DNA of 64,000 bases from contig NC_057719.1 of NCBI RefSeq assembly GCF_004010195.1, positions 73,087,446 to 73,151,445 of the forward strand, written 5' to 3'. Every line of letters begins with the position of its first letter. Positions within the stretch are counted from its first letter, which is position 1. Positions 49,225-62,339 of this stretch are shown here, piece by piece. Under the pieces are notes generated by a model. The model was not told the origin of the DNA, ran no database searches, and saw nothing but the letters and a program-made list of their open reading frames with translations. This stretch comes from Chiloscyllium plagiosum. Its lineage: Eukaryota. The position numbers were made by a program, and so were the translations under genes.

Positions 49225-50832
49225 ACCCCCATTGCTTTGACATTGATTTGATTTCAAGCAGCATTTTCCAATCCACCTTTGTCAAATCATAGTTCTGCTT
49301 GGTTATTTCGGCTATTCCCCAATTGATAACTTGTATTCCAAATCTATTGTTATCCTTTTCCATAATTCCTTAAAATCCATCTGAATTATGATTACTACTA
49401 CCACAAATCCTCCTCCACTGATATCTTTTCCCTTTGACCACATAAATTCTTCAAAACAAAACAGAAATTGCTGGGTCAAACTTGGCAGGTCTAACAGCAT
49501 AATTCAAGAGGAAAAAAAAAGTTAATATTTTGAGTCCCACAAATACTGCCAGACCTGCTGGAGATAGGAATCAAAATCTTTGATCATCTACAGTTATTTA
49601 TTTTACTTTTGTTCAGATCTGCCCCTTTGAGAGTTGGGCTGTGTACTGACTGAAGAAGTTCTAATAACATGTTTTAAGAATTCTGTACCCTCCATACATT
49701 TACAATGAAATTACCCCAGTTAATATTAGGGTAGTTGATTCCTTACTTTTCCTCTTCATTTTTCAGCAGTGCCCCTACATATTTGCTCATCTGTCTGGGG
49801 ATCTGTAATTTACTTCCAGCAATGCAATTGCCCTCTTTGTTCCTTAGTTTAATTGAGTTTGATGTTCTTACAAACATTAATCTCTTCACAGCTGTATTTA
49901 TTTCTTTAACCAATATTGTAACTCCCTTCCATTTTATTCATCTCTTTAAATCAAATGAAAACTCCATAATTTTGAACACTGAGCTGCCATTCATTTCCTC
50001 CTTAATGTAATGAGTGAATTTTTTAATGAGTGGATTTTTCAAGGAGTGGCAATTGGCATGAGATCCTACTCAGCCCTAGATTTTTTAAATAACAAAAGTG
50101 GAAGATTTGTAACATAAGATTCCTGTCAGGTCTCCTCCTGAAATGCAGAGCCAGTTGACAGTTTGTTCATAAAGCAGTGCTGTTGGGAGAAAGCAAAACA
50201 CAGCCCCCTTTACACAGCAGTCTGTTGCTCTATTCTACATTTAAAGCTCAAGACTGTTGCTTTGACAGCTATTATCAAGGGTGCCATGAAGGTGAGGTGT
50301 CAGATGGGTGAGGGGGGAGAGATAGGGTTCTGGGGGCATAGTACCAGGTAAGTGGCAGGATATCAGAGTGTCAGGTGAAGAGGAGGCTCACTAAGAAGGT
50401 TATTGCCCAGTGTGGGTAAGGTGCCAGGATAAGTTGAGATGGGTGGGAGAAATCAGGTCCACCAGGGTGGGTGTCAGGTTGTGGGGTTCAGATCCCCAAA
50501 GTATGTTGAGTTCACAAAAGATGAACGGGGAATTGATTGTGGAACATTTGAGCAGCAGAGGTGTGGAGTGGGAGAAGTTTTGAGTGGAGGAATATGTCAG
50601 TGATGAGGGAAAAAGAGCACAGTCAGTGGCAAAGTAAGGGGGAGTCATGCAGAGGGGTGTGGATGCCCAGTGAGATAAATTATCTGGGAGGAATGTCCCC
50701 ATTCACAACAACCAGACTTGGGCTGATAATGTGCAACAAACTTCCGTTTCTCACCAATCCTCCATTTACAGCCCTACCTTACTACCTTATTTATTCAATT
50801 CACCAGGACACTGATTCCAGCCTGATTTATAG

Positions 50833-51105
50833 CCAATAGGTGCAGGAGTAGGCCATTCTGCCCTTCGAGCTAGCACCACCACTCATTATGATCATGGCTG
50901 ATTCATCCTCAATCAGTATCCTGCTCCTGCCTTATCCCCATAACCCTTGATTCCACTATCCTTAAGAGCTCTATCCAACTCTTTCTTGAAAGTATCCAGA
51001 GACTTGGCCTCCACAGCCTTCTGGGGCAGAGCATTCCATACACCCACCACTCTCTGGGTGAAGAAGTTTCTCCTCAACTCTGTTCTAAATGGCCTATCCC
51101 TTATT
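50833..51105 (-). mobile_element. CR1 3' end, second subfamily
   Basis: Similar to 9640-9900. Confidence 0.8.
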
Positions 51106-51796
51106 TTTTTTAAACTAAGTGGATAGATTCACTTTTCCTCAGTCTTAGTGCCAATGACTAATGCATCAAAAATACATTGCTGTCTAAGCCACCATATTTA
51201 ACCTTCTGATTTGTTTGTTCCTAGGCTAATTTGGACTGCAGTTAGGTAACAATCCAGAAAATAGTATCCATGATGATATGCATTTTATCTTTGATCCTAG
51301 CTCCTCAACCTCTTAGTTGGTTCTAACTATAACTTTGTTTTCATATCATCAGCCAAAATCTGAACATCATTTAAATATTGCCACATGTCAACACATTATT
51401 TCAGTTTCAAAGCCATGAATGATATAGAACACTATATAATCATCAGTGAATATCCCCACTTCTGTCTTTACATCAGTGAAGGTAATTGATGATGCACGTG
51501 AAGATGGTTGGGCTGAGAACAGTACCCTGAGGAATTCCTGCAGAAATGTCCTCCAGCTGAGATGGTTAACCTCCGACAACATATGTTTCTTTGTACCACA
51601 TTAAGACTCCAACCGTGGTGAGTCTTCCCCTTAATTACTATCAAGCTTCAAATTAAAGAAAGGCACTCAACAAAACTGCAGTACAGGAATTGTTGAAGAT
51701 GCTAACAATGTATGAAGAATCTTATTAAAATTGAATTTAGTAAAGATGGTAGAAATTATGAGGTGAGAAGAAAGAATTCATCAGTTGATGCATAAC

Positions 51797-52697
51797 CTGT
51801 GATGTGCCACAAGGATTAGTGCTGGGTCCACTGCTTTTCGTCATTTATATAAAGGGAACTTAAGAGGTATAGTTACTAAGTTTCCAGATGACACCATCAT
51901 CGGAGGTGTAGTAGACAGCGAACAAGGTTACCTCAGAGTACAACGGGATCTTGATCAGATAGGCTGGGTGGTGGCAGATGTGGAGTTTAATTTAGATAAA
52001 TGTGAGGTGCTGCATTTTGGAAAGACAAATCAGGGCAGGACTTGTACACTTATTGGTAAGGTCCTGGGGAGTGTTGCTGAACAAAGGGACCTTGGAGTGC
52101 AGGTTCATAGTGCCCTGAAAGTGGAGTCACAGGTAGATAGGATAGTGAGGAAGCCATTTGGTATGTTTTCCTTTGTTGGTCAGAGCACTGAGTGTAGATG
52201 GTGAGAGGTCATGTTCCATCTGTACAGGGTATTGGTTAGGCCACTTTTGGAATATTGCGTGCAATTCTATCAGAAAGATGTTGTGAAACTTGAAAGGATT
52301 CAGAAAAGATTTACAAGGATGTTGCCAGGATTGGAGGGTTTGAGCTATAAAGAGAGGCTGAATAGGCTGGAGCTATTTTCCCTGGAGTGTCAGAGGCTGA
52401 GGGGTGACCTTATAGAGGTTTATAAAATTAAGAGGGGCATGGATAGGATAAATAGAAAAGGTCTTTTCCCTGGGGTGAGGGAATCCAGAACTAGAGGGCA
52501 CAGGTGAGAGGGGAAAGATTTAAAAGGTACCAGAGGGGCAACTTTTTCACACAGAGGGTAGTGCACATATGGAATGAGCTGCCAGACCAAGTGGAGGCTG
52601 GAACCATTAACATTTAAAAAGGCACCCAGAAGGGTAGCTGAATAGGAAGGGTTTAGAGGGATATGAGCCAAGTGCTGGCAAATGGGACTAGATTAAT
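51797..52697 (+). mobile_element. CR1 LINE fragment
   Basis: [26 protein letters not shown] and LVRPLLEYCVQF motifs. Confidence 0.9.
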
Positions 52698-53711
52698 AGG
52701 CAGGGAGCCATTAAAATTAGGTGGCTTTCGGACAATCGCAGCATTGACTTACGGTTCCAAAATTGCTGCTGTACACAGACCCTGGAGGCTCGTGCACCTA
52801 GAAAATCAGTGTATGCTACTGAGGACTAACTGGGCTGATTTTTTTTTTTAACACTAATCTGACTGCAATAAAATTTGCCATTTCTTTCTACCTGAAGCAG
52901 TCAGGAATTTTGCATTGTTTTTCATCACTTGTGGAATGTGTGAATCACTGGCTGGGCTAGCATTTATTGCCTATTCATAGTTGTCCTTGAAATATTGGTA
53001 GTGATCTGCTTTGTTAAACTGCTGCAATCCAGTTGGTAAAATGATTATGGGATGAGGGAGGCCTGTGCTGCCCACCCTTTCCCTGATGGAGGCCCTTAAC
53101 TGGACACTTTCTACCTGGCTTCAATTTGCAGGCTGAAAGGTGGTGAGAGAGAATTCACAATTGGGGAGTTAGCCTGGAAAACCATTTTGCTCCGTCTTCA
53201 GGCACAAAGTACAGCACGCCCCTCTTAGTGGATCCTTATCAACATCCCTCCCCCAAAGTCTACAATCCACCTCCTCCATCCGGCCATCAAGACTTTCACC
53301 CACGCGACTACATGAACCCCAGAATTACCCAGTCTGAATATGATGGCTTAACCTCTGGAGACTGCCTACCATACCATGTTGGGTCACTCAATAACTGGTG
53401 CTGGCAGGATTACTGAGTCTTTGGCCAATCTGATTATCTGACAGCTTTCTGAAGTAGGCCCTCCTCCCAAGTGGGGGGCAGAGGTTTCCTCTCCGGAAAA
53501 TTAATGCTCTATTGGTTATATTGGGTTTGAGGCAGCCAGCATTGGGTAAGTGTGTTCCCCACAGACTGTTCAGAGAGTGGGATCGGAAATCCTTTTATCT
53601 GAAAAAGCTTTATCTAAAAAACATTAAAAAGATCAAATAAGTGGAGTTCTATTTTAAAAGCATGCTGTCATTATGCTTTGATGCTACTTAAAATTATGAG
53701 CAAATAAATGT

Positions 53712-54007
53712 AGGTGGCCCGGTGGTCAGCACTACTGCCTCACAGCGCCAGAGACCTGGGTTCAATTCCCACCCCAGTGTGGAGTTTGCACATTCTCCCC
53801 GTGTCTGCGTGGGTTTCCTCCGGGTGCTCCAGTTTCCTCCCACAGTCCACCAGGTTAGGTGAATTGGCCATGTTAAATTACCCATGGTGTTAGGTGATGG
53901 GGTAAATGTAGGGGGATGGGGATGGGTTTGGGTGGGTGGCGGGTTAGTGTGGACTTGTTGGGCCGAAGGGCCTGTTTCCACACTGTAAGTAATCTAATCT
54001 AATCTAA
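53712..54007 (+). mobile_element. HE1/V-SINE-like SINE
   Basis: B box GGTTCAATTCC, V-domain-like core, (AATCT)n tail. Confidence 0.88.
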
Positions 54008-54965
54008 CTGGAACTCCAGTATTAGGTTTGCATAATGGCTTGTTGAGGCAATTGCCCTACTTTGGCAAAATAACATGACGACTAGAGATCAAAGGTATAA
54101 ATAGAAGGTGTAGAAACGTTTATTTTAATTACTGCAAGTATAAAATTAATCCGTATTTCTGCTTACGTTCAAGTTAAAATCCAACTGCAAAACAGAGGAA
54201 TTTTGTCATATTTGCTGAACAAACTAACCTCTCTCAAGATAATGGTCATGTGTTAAAAGACTCTGTAACATGCCCAACTTGCCCAACATAACTGGATTCT
54301 GCTGTCAACTACTGACAATCACCATCACCCAGTAATATTAGTAACATCAAATAGGTTGCACAAAAACTGATTGAAGAGTTTTCACTGATGAGAGTCAGGA
54401 AATAAAATGTACTGAACATCCTTCATTTGTTAATCATTTTACAGAGAATAATTTAAGGATTGTGTCTTACTGTGATTAAGGTATAGGAAGGATCATAAAC
54501 TTCAAAACAATTAAAAACCTTTCAAATATATCACTGTACACATTTGAGATTTCACAAACAAAATTAGATTTTCAGAGAAGTTGTTACATTAATTATGAAC
54601 TTAGTGTACTGTTTCAAAATAAGTTGCACCTTATTCAGCAAGTTGCAACATTTATCAAGGAATTTTACAGCAAAATGGTGGTGTAACACAAAAAAATGAA
54701 AGTGCAGAGCTCTGATGAAGTGTCAATGTTTTTTCTTCCATAGATGCTGCAGATATGCTGAATATTTCCCACACTGATTTTATTTGAGATTTCCAACATT
54801 CACAGCAACTTGTGATTTATGATGTTTTCATTTCTAGGAACTACATAGGCACAATCTGGACTAGCTGGGAAGCACTGACAGCAACATCTGGATTTCTGCA
54901 TTTAACACTGAACTGCAAAATCCAGGCCAATAAGTATCACTGCACAAAACAAAATATCATAATAT

Positions 54966-56717
54966 TTTATTAACGTATGCCAGATGTGAACAAGGTGTGA
55001 ATAGCTGCATATCTAAATAAAAGGTACATTTTCTAGCACAGATGCTTGTGTTGTGCTAATCTTTGTCCAATTTGCAGTTGGTGTTAAAAGCAAAACTGGT
55101 TCACCCCCTCAGATACAAACAGCAAGATGTAAACATGCAGAAGCAAGATTAGAAATTCAAAACCAAAGGTGATTTTTAATTTTTAAACAAGTGAAATAGG
55201 TATAAAAATTGCACACCTATGTGCTGTAACAGACAAGTTCACACAATAAATTTGATAGAAGATAGTCGAAATTACAATGTCCTTGAAGAGGTTTCATTTA
55301 AACTAATCCGTTTGGAACATCACTTACCACATTTCAACATTTCCACATTAAAACAAAGAATTCACATGGAAAATAATTATTTACAACCTGGAGCAAGTTT
55401 AATTTTGATGGCAAGCAATCCAAACATTAATTTTCAGATAAACCACAGAGAGTATTACTCATTTTTAAAATTACTAACATGATGGGGTTAACTCTTGGTC
55501 ATAGCCACATAAGAAGTTCAATGTTTATACCTGCAATCAAACTGCTAAGTTACTTTAAAAAAAGCTTTACAGAAATAGTTTTAATGCAACAGTTAGTATA
55601 CCCTCTGATGTGGGCTCAGGAGTATTGCAATCACAGACAATATGTAGTGAGAGGCACCAAGTGAAGCTTAGGCACTTATCTGTCAATGTTATTTCACAAT
55701 AGATCCATTGTGAAGAGAAGCAACTTTATTCACTTTGTACATATATTGCCAACTTTAATTAGAAAAATCAATCTTTGCACTGCAAGATCTTTCCATTGGC
55801 CAACAAGGCAAACTACATGCATACCGAAGTGACTCCAGTCAGGACATGGGTGGAATTGGAACCATTCATATTCCTGACTGACTGAGAATCTGTGATTGAA
55901 GTTCCAGTAAAACAGCTGGTTTGAAACCTCGGACTGTCAAGTGCAATTCTCAAAAATGTTTGAGACTTCTATGTTTTACAATGTTGGCAGAACAGGACCA
56001 GGTGATACAGCTGTGACACTCAGCAAGCCTAAAACCTGTCTCTTACATTTGTCTGTCATTAAGCAGTGCTGGGTCATATTACAGCATAAAAAACAAGAGG
56101 AAGGGATTCTTGTGGTGAAGTGGTAGTGTCCCTAGCTCAGAGTCAGAAGTCCAAGGTTCAAGTCAAACTGTATCATTACATTTCTGAACAAGTTGATTAA
56201 AATGTCGAAAACATGAAGACAAAGCTTTTTAAAATGTACTATTATTGTAAGAGCAAAATACTGCAGATTTTGGAAATCTGAAACTAAAACAAGTGCTGGA
56301 GAAAGTCAGCAGCCTCTGGCAGATCTGTAGAGAAAGAATCAGTTAATGTTTCAAGTCCAGTATGATTCTTGCACACAAACTATTAAATATGTTTTTCTCT
56401 CCACAGATGCCATTACTACTGCTGACATTCTGCAGGCCTTTCTATTTTTATCCCATTGATTATTTTGCGTTTCCAGGCATGATTTTCATCCATAAGGTAT
56501 GATGAACTATCACCTTCTCAGTTAAACACATTTTATTATGACAAGTTTTCAAAACATACAATAAACTGCTCAACTTAAGTCTCAGGCATTCAACAATTCT
56601 TTGGTCATCCAATAAGCAACATAATCCTTTATATAGAAAAAGAAAAGCACAATAAAACAATGAAACAATGAAAATTCATTCAGACAAAATGGAATGCTTG
56701 AAAAGATTATTTTTATT
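54966..56717 (-). terminator. Candidate FNTB poly(A) signals (three AATAAA on -)
   Basis: TTTATT on + at 56712-56717, 55725-55730 (with upstream UGUA on -) and 54966-54971. Confidence 0.5.
56102..56201 (+). mobile_element. Short tRNA-derived SINE copy in the putative extended FNTB 3' UTR
   Basis: tgtggtgaagtggtagtgtcc...ggttcaagtc...ctgaacaagttgattaaa, matching the 49100 family in the opposite orientation. Confidence 0.55.
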
Positions 56718-57045
56718 GCAACTGTGATAAATTATTTCTGAAGCCAATATAAAGCACAGTGCTATACTTGCACTAATCCTATTCGGTTTTACTGAGGAAT
56801 TCAGTTATAAAACTAAGAACACTTACAGATACCACACTTTCTCCAGCATTGAGGAGCAAGTTGCTGAACATAGACTAGTCAGTCACAGTATAGGCAGTGC
56901 CAATGGCTTGTTGTTGTCAGAAGAAAATAACTTGATACTAGTCCCTGCTTCAAGTGAATCATTTTACTTTGTAAACCACAATTCTTTGCACTCAGGTTAC
57001 ACAATTTGTACTTGGAAAGTTAGTTACTTTGAATACATAATGAAT

Positions 57046-57150
57046 TTAATTTGAATTGCTTTTCATCTGTGGTACTGGTAGCTTGAGGAAGTGCATAACA
57101 GCTTGTGCTACTTTTTCAGGACTAATGTTGTATACAGGATGGATTGGTTC
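57046..57150 (-). CDS. FNTB: FNTB last coding exon (EPIHPVYNISPEKVAQAVMHFLKLPVPQMKSNSN*)
   Basis: On -: ttcttttccttcaacAG acceptor, 105 nt ending in TAA. HPVYNI motif of the FNTB C-terminus. Confidence 0.94.
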   Translation of the reverse strand, partial: EPIHPVYNISPEKVAQAVMHFLKLPVPQMKSNSN

Positions 57151-57569
57151 CTGTTGAAGGAAAAGAAATATCAGAGTATATATTTCCACTTTTAACCTAC
57201 ATACGTAAATGTACATGAAACTGCAAAGAGTCAGTTATTTGTCTTTAGAATTCTCTTCCACAGACAGAAATGGAGGCCGGGTATTCAAGGCTCAATTACT
57301 CTGATGTTTCATTGTCAAACAGGCGAGAGTCATGGGGCACAAGCAGGCAAATAGAATTAAGGGCACAATCAGATCATCCTCAATCTCACTGAATAGCAGG
57401 TGGACAAAATGGTCTACTCCTGCTCCTATTTACTCCAATCTAACAATTTTATACTTTTAAAATATCAATCACTTGGATAGTGTTTAAAAAAAAGAGACAA
57501 ATGCAAAGAAGAATGAAAAGATGTTAATGATCAACATATTGGAATAATCTAGAAGACTTAAAAAGTGTT

Positions 57570-59045
57570 AACATCTGTAGAATTATTATCTGCAGAATTA
57601 CATGTCTCAGTTCTTTGGCCATTGCAGAAAATCAGATACTTTTGAAAAGACAGAGGATTCGCTGCCTGGAAGAGAACAAAAAGGATGCAGAAGTGATTGG
57701 CAGGATGTGATAAGTGGAGTCCTGCAGGCATCTGTGGTGAGGCCCAGTTTAGAATTAGATTTAGTGGGATAGAGAGATCAGGTATTTTTGCTAAATTAGA
57801 GATGATGCCAATATAGATAGGCAAATATGCTCTGAAGACAAAAAAAGGGAATTGCAGGTGGATATAGATGGGTTGTGTGTGCAAACATCTGGCAGATGAA
57901 GTATAATATGGGAAAATGTGAAGTTGTTCCCTTTAACAGGAAGAATGAAACACAGAATTACTTAATTGGAGAACAACTGTGGAATTCCAAGGTATCCTGT
58001 AAAGGGATTTCGGTGTTCTTGTGAATGAGTTAGTTTGCAGGTACAAACACAATCAAGAACACTTATGGCAGCTAGTCTTTATTATGAAGGCATTGAATAG
58101 AAAAGGTCTATGTGGTAGAAGCTGGGGCACTGAATAAATTTAAAGAAGAGATAGATTTTTAAAGGATTGTGGGGAGCAGGCAGGAAATTGCAGTTGAGAC
58201 TGAGATGAGGTCAACTATCATTGTATTAAATGACAGAGCAGGCTCAAGAATTGCCTACTTCTGCTCCTAGTTCTCATGTGGGTTGTCTTCTAAGGATGGG
58301 TTGGACAGGGCTGGGCTTGTTTGAACTAGAGTAGAAGAGTTAGGGATCACATAGGGCAGAAGTAAGCAATTCAACCCAGTGAATGGATGAGCAGATTCAA
58401 TGAGGTCATGCTCAATTTGGTAATTCCTCGAACTCCACTTTCCTGCCTTATCCCATAATCCTCAACTCCCTTAGTGATTAGAAACGTATCGGCCTTGGGT
58501 ATACTTAACGACACAGTCTCGACAAACTCTGTGGCAAAGAATTTCACAAATTCACTAACCTCTGCACCTGTCTCTTAACGGAAAACTCCTCACTCCGGGT
58601 TTATGTCCTCTTATCCTAGACTCTCCCAAAAGAAGAGCCCTCTCAACATCTACCATATCAAAACCCGTAAGAATCTTACATATTTCAATATAATCAGTAT
58701 ATGACCGAAGTGTATAAGACGCTGAACAGTCTTGAAAAAGTGAATATGTTTCCTTTTGTAAGTCCAGAACTAGGCCACAATACTTTAAAATTCAAAGATA
58801 CTCTGTCAAGACAGAGGTGAGCAGTCTTTTCTTTTCCCCTCAGTGTGCTACTTTGGAGCTCACTGCTCAGGAGGCAGTGTGGGTGGGATCATTGAACATC
58901 TTAAAACATAGAGATGGGTAGATTCTTGTTAGACAGGGAATTAATTATTGGGGGTGATGGGAACGTGGAATTCAGAACACAAATGGATCAACCATGATTA
59001 TACGGAATTACGGAGTAGACATGAGGGGCTGAATAGTCTATTCTA
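57570..59045 (+). mobile_element. Nested degenerate CR1 fragments in the last FNTB intron, with a - strand piece at about 58340-58690
   Basis: KYALKTK (KFADDTK-like) and W.MKYN.GKC remnants plus CR1-like 3' ends. Confidence 0.6.
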
Positions 59046-59083
59046 TTTTGTAAATTCATGTGTACGTTTTGAATAATGCTTAC

Positions 59084-59198
59084 CAGCCGATTGTTTATTT
59101 CGCCAACAATAACTTCGTGTAGAAGTTCTCCACTGCCAAAGTGCTGAGCCACTGAAAGACCACTTAGGCAATAGCAGGTATGGTAAAAATCCCTTGAC
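59084..59198 (-). CDS. FNTB: FNTB penultimate exon (SRDFYHTCYCLSGLSVAQHFGSGELLHEVIVGEINNRL)
   Basis: On -: ctgcAG acceptor, 115 nt, GTAAGC donor. DFYHTCYCLSGLS motif with the zinc-ligand His. Phase is compatible with both neighbouring exons. Confidence 0.96.
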
Positions 59199-60307
59199 CT
59201 GCAGACGAAATATATATATATGATGAGGTTCAATACCATATACGTATGGAGTCAGATTATTTGTCCATGAAAGCTGGTATGTAAATGAACCACATTTAAT
59301 TTCTCAAGCCACAATGTTTCTTTGGTCAATCCATTGAATAATCTGAACAATCACAAATTAAGTAAGAGTGAAGGTTGCCACGGTGCTTATGCACTGGTCA
59401 ATACTACAAGAAAGTGGCAGACTACACCATATAGTGACCAACATCCATTTCTTGAGATTATACAGTTGTTAGACTGAAGCTAACCAATAATGGAACTGGT
59501 TTGCTTTACTGCAGGTTACTACAAACTGCAGTTAGCTTGCTTTTTCCAATTCCCCATGATGTAAAATAGTTCCCTTACTTGCACATCTTGGACACCAACC
59601 AAACCTGTAATCAGCTAAACTCTGACTCAAACCAGAATCCCAGCACAATATTCAAACTGAGGGAAAACTTGCTGCTTAGGTCACATTGGAAAAAACTGAC
59701 CTTGCTTTATGAAACCAAAAGGGAATTAGTCACAATCAGAGTGATGCTGAAGTAACCCTAAACATTTAAGAGACAATCTCACCGCTGGAAACACCATTCT
59801 CTAATGAAGCACCTTACATCATTCTTGATGAAAAACAGATCCAATATGGCAATTTTTGTTTATACTTTAGCAGCAAAGTAATCCACAGCATGATAGTGTA
59901 AACTTCAGAACTTTAATAACTGTTCAGGGATTAAAAGAATCATCAACAACTCTTTCTGGAATAAACGGTTTCCTGAGATTAAAAAGGTCAAGGAGAAACT
60001 ATTATAACGGAATTAAAACCAACATGCCAATTAACCTGGAAAAAGGAGTTGAAACAACATAAACTGTTTCCTGGGAGAGAGGAGGTAACAAGTGCTTAGT
60101 AACTTGCTGCCTTCTGACAAATGGGCAATTAAGATTGCTTGCATGAGGAATGTTCTGAGATGAAGGGACTAACGATAGGGCAAGTTGTGTTTCAAATAGA
60201 CAGTTAACAACGAATGTAACAACAAAGCTACTTTTGATTAAGGCGGCAAGCTACAGACTTGGACTCCTGAAATGTAATCAATGTTAAGAATAAATGGAAC
60301 TAAAGGA

Positions 60308-60928
60308 TTCCTTTATTGGTCAGAGCATTGAGTACAGGAGTTGGGAGGTCATGTTGCGGCTGTACAGGACATTGATTAGGCCACTGTTGGAATATTGTGT
60401 GCAATTCTGGTCTCTTTCCTATCGGAAAGATGCTGTGAAACTTGAAAGGGTTCAGAAAAGTTTTACAAGAATGTTGCCAGGGTTGGAGGATTTGAGCTAC
60501 AGGAAGAGGTTGAATAGGCTGAGGCTATTTTCCCTGGGGTGTCGGAGGCTGAGGAGTGACCTTATCGAAGTTGACAAAATCATGAGGGGCATGGATAGGA
60601 TAAATAGACAGTCTTTTCCCTGGGGTAGGAGATCCAGAAGTAGAAGGCATAGGTTTAGGGTGAAAGGGGAAAGATATAAAATAGACCTAAGGGGCAACCT
60701 TTTCATGCAGAGGATGGTACGTGTATGGAATAAGCTGCCAGAGGAAGTGGTTGAGGCTGGTACAATTGTAACATTTAAAAGGCATTTGGATGGGTATATG
60801 AATAGGAAGGGTTTAGAGGGATATGGGCCAGGTGCTGGCAGGTAGGACTAGAAGGGGTTGGGATATCTAGTCGGCATGGACAGGTTGGACTGAAGGGTCT
60901 GTTTCCATGCTGTACATCTCTCTGACTA
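60308..60928 (+). mobile_element. Well-preserved CR1 3' fragment
   Basis: ORF 60294-60845 is the CR1 ORF2 C-terminus. Confidence 0.92.
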
Positions 60929-61179
60929 TCTCTCATCAGAAACTTCACAAGGTAGAAAATCCTGTAAGAATTCAACCTCAGGATTATTTAGTAGCAGAAC
61001 CCAAGAGAATCACACTGTACAAGGATCGAACCCTGGAAATCAGAGGTAGAGAGTGTTGCCTGGAATCATATCTAAATTTCACCATTAAATTGGGTAGTCA
61101 CTAAGTTGGTTGTGAGGCTTAAACTTACTTATTTGAGCAAATTTATTTTGGTTGCTACATGCACTAAAGTTTAAGTAAT

Positions 61180-61917
61180 CAGAGTCAGAGAATTATAGTA
61201 CTGAAACAGACCCTTCAGTCCAACTCGTTCATGCCAACCAGATATCCCAAATTAATCGAGCCCCATTTGTCAGCACTTGGCCCATATCCCTCTAAACCCT
61301 TCCTATTCATATACCCGTCCCGATGCTTTTTAAAATGTTATAATATTGCCAGCCTCCACCACTCTGTCTGGCAGCTCATTCCATACACGCACCACCCTCT
61401 GTGTGAAAAAGTTGCCCCTTAGGTCTCTTTTAAACTGTGAGCAGCATGGTGGCACAGTGGTTAGCACTGCTGCCTCACAGCACCAGAAACCAAGTTCAAT
61501 TCCCGCCTCAGGCAACTGTCTGTGTGGAGTTTGCACATTCTCCCAGTGTCTGCGTGGGTTTCCTCCGGGTGCTCCGGTTTCCCCACACAGTCCAAAAATG
61601 TGCAGGTTAGGTGAATTGGCCATGTTAAATTGCCCGTAATGTTAGGTGAAAGGGTAAATGTAGGGGTGGGTCTGGGTGGGTTGCTCTTCGGAGGGTCAGT
61701 GTGGACTCGTTGGGCCGAAAGGCTTGTTTCCACACTAAGTAATCTAATCTAATCTAATCTTTTCCCCACCCTAAACCTAAACCTAGGCCCTCCCTCACTA
61801 CCCCAGGGAAAAGACCTTGTTGATTTACCCTATTCCATGTCCCTTATGATTTAAAAAACCTCTCTATAAAGGTCACCCCTCAGCCTCCGACACTCCAGGG
61901 AAAGCAGTCCCAGCCTA
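61180..61917 (-). mobile_element. CR1 3' fragment with a nested SINE
   Basis: Reverse-complement similarity to about 60520-60928. Confidence 0.88.
61437..61760 (+). mobile_element. HE1/V-SINE-like SINE inserted antisense in a CR1
   Basis: A box TGGCACAGTGG, B-box-like GTTCAATTCC, (AATCT)4 tail. Confidence 0.9.
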
Positions 61918-62339
61918 TGTTTTATTTTGATTGTCTGTCATACTTGTTAACAAGTACCGAAAAAAAACGCTTATAGTAATTTAAACACCAGCTTCTTAAA
62001 GCAGCTTCTTAAAACTATATCCTTGACAAACAACCAAGTATTCAGCATTGCACCCTGTCTTTTTGGTCCCCAATGTTACAATGTATTCAGGTGTCACAGA
62101 ATCACAAAGTTATTAGTGCACAAGGCCATTCAGCCTATCATGCCTGCACCTGTTCTATCAGTGTACAGTATATTAGAGTCAAGTAGGGACTTTAAACACA
62201 TCACAACAAATATGCATTGATAAAGGATGCACTTATAATTAGTATTTTATTTCACCAGTCAGGACTGGTAAGTGCATACATCAGTTGTGTTAAGTCAAGT
62301 GACAATATATTGTGCACACAGTAAAAAGGTACCACTCAC

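Noticed and set aside
60294..60845. 183-aa ORF and similar RT-like ORFs (3111, 12177, 36624, 52211)
   Set aside because: 5'-truncated CR1 ORF2 remnants, not host genes or complete elements.
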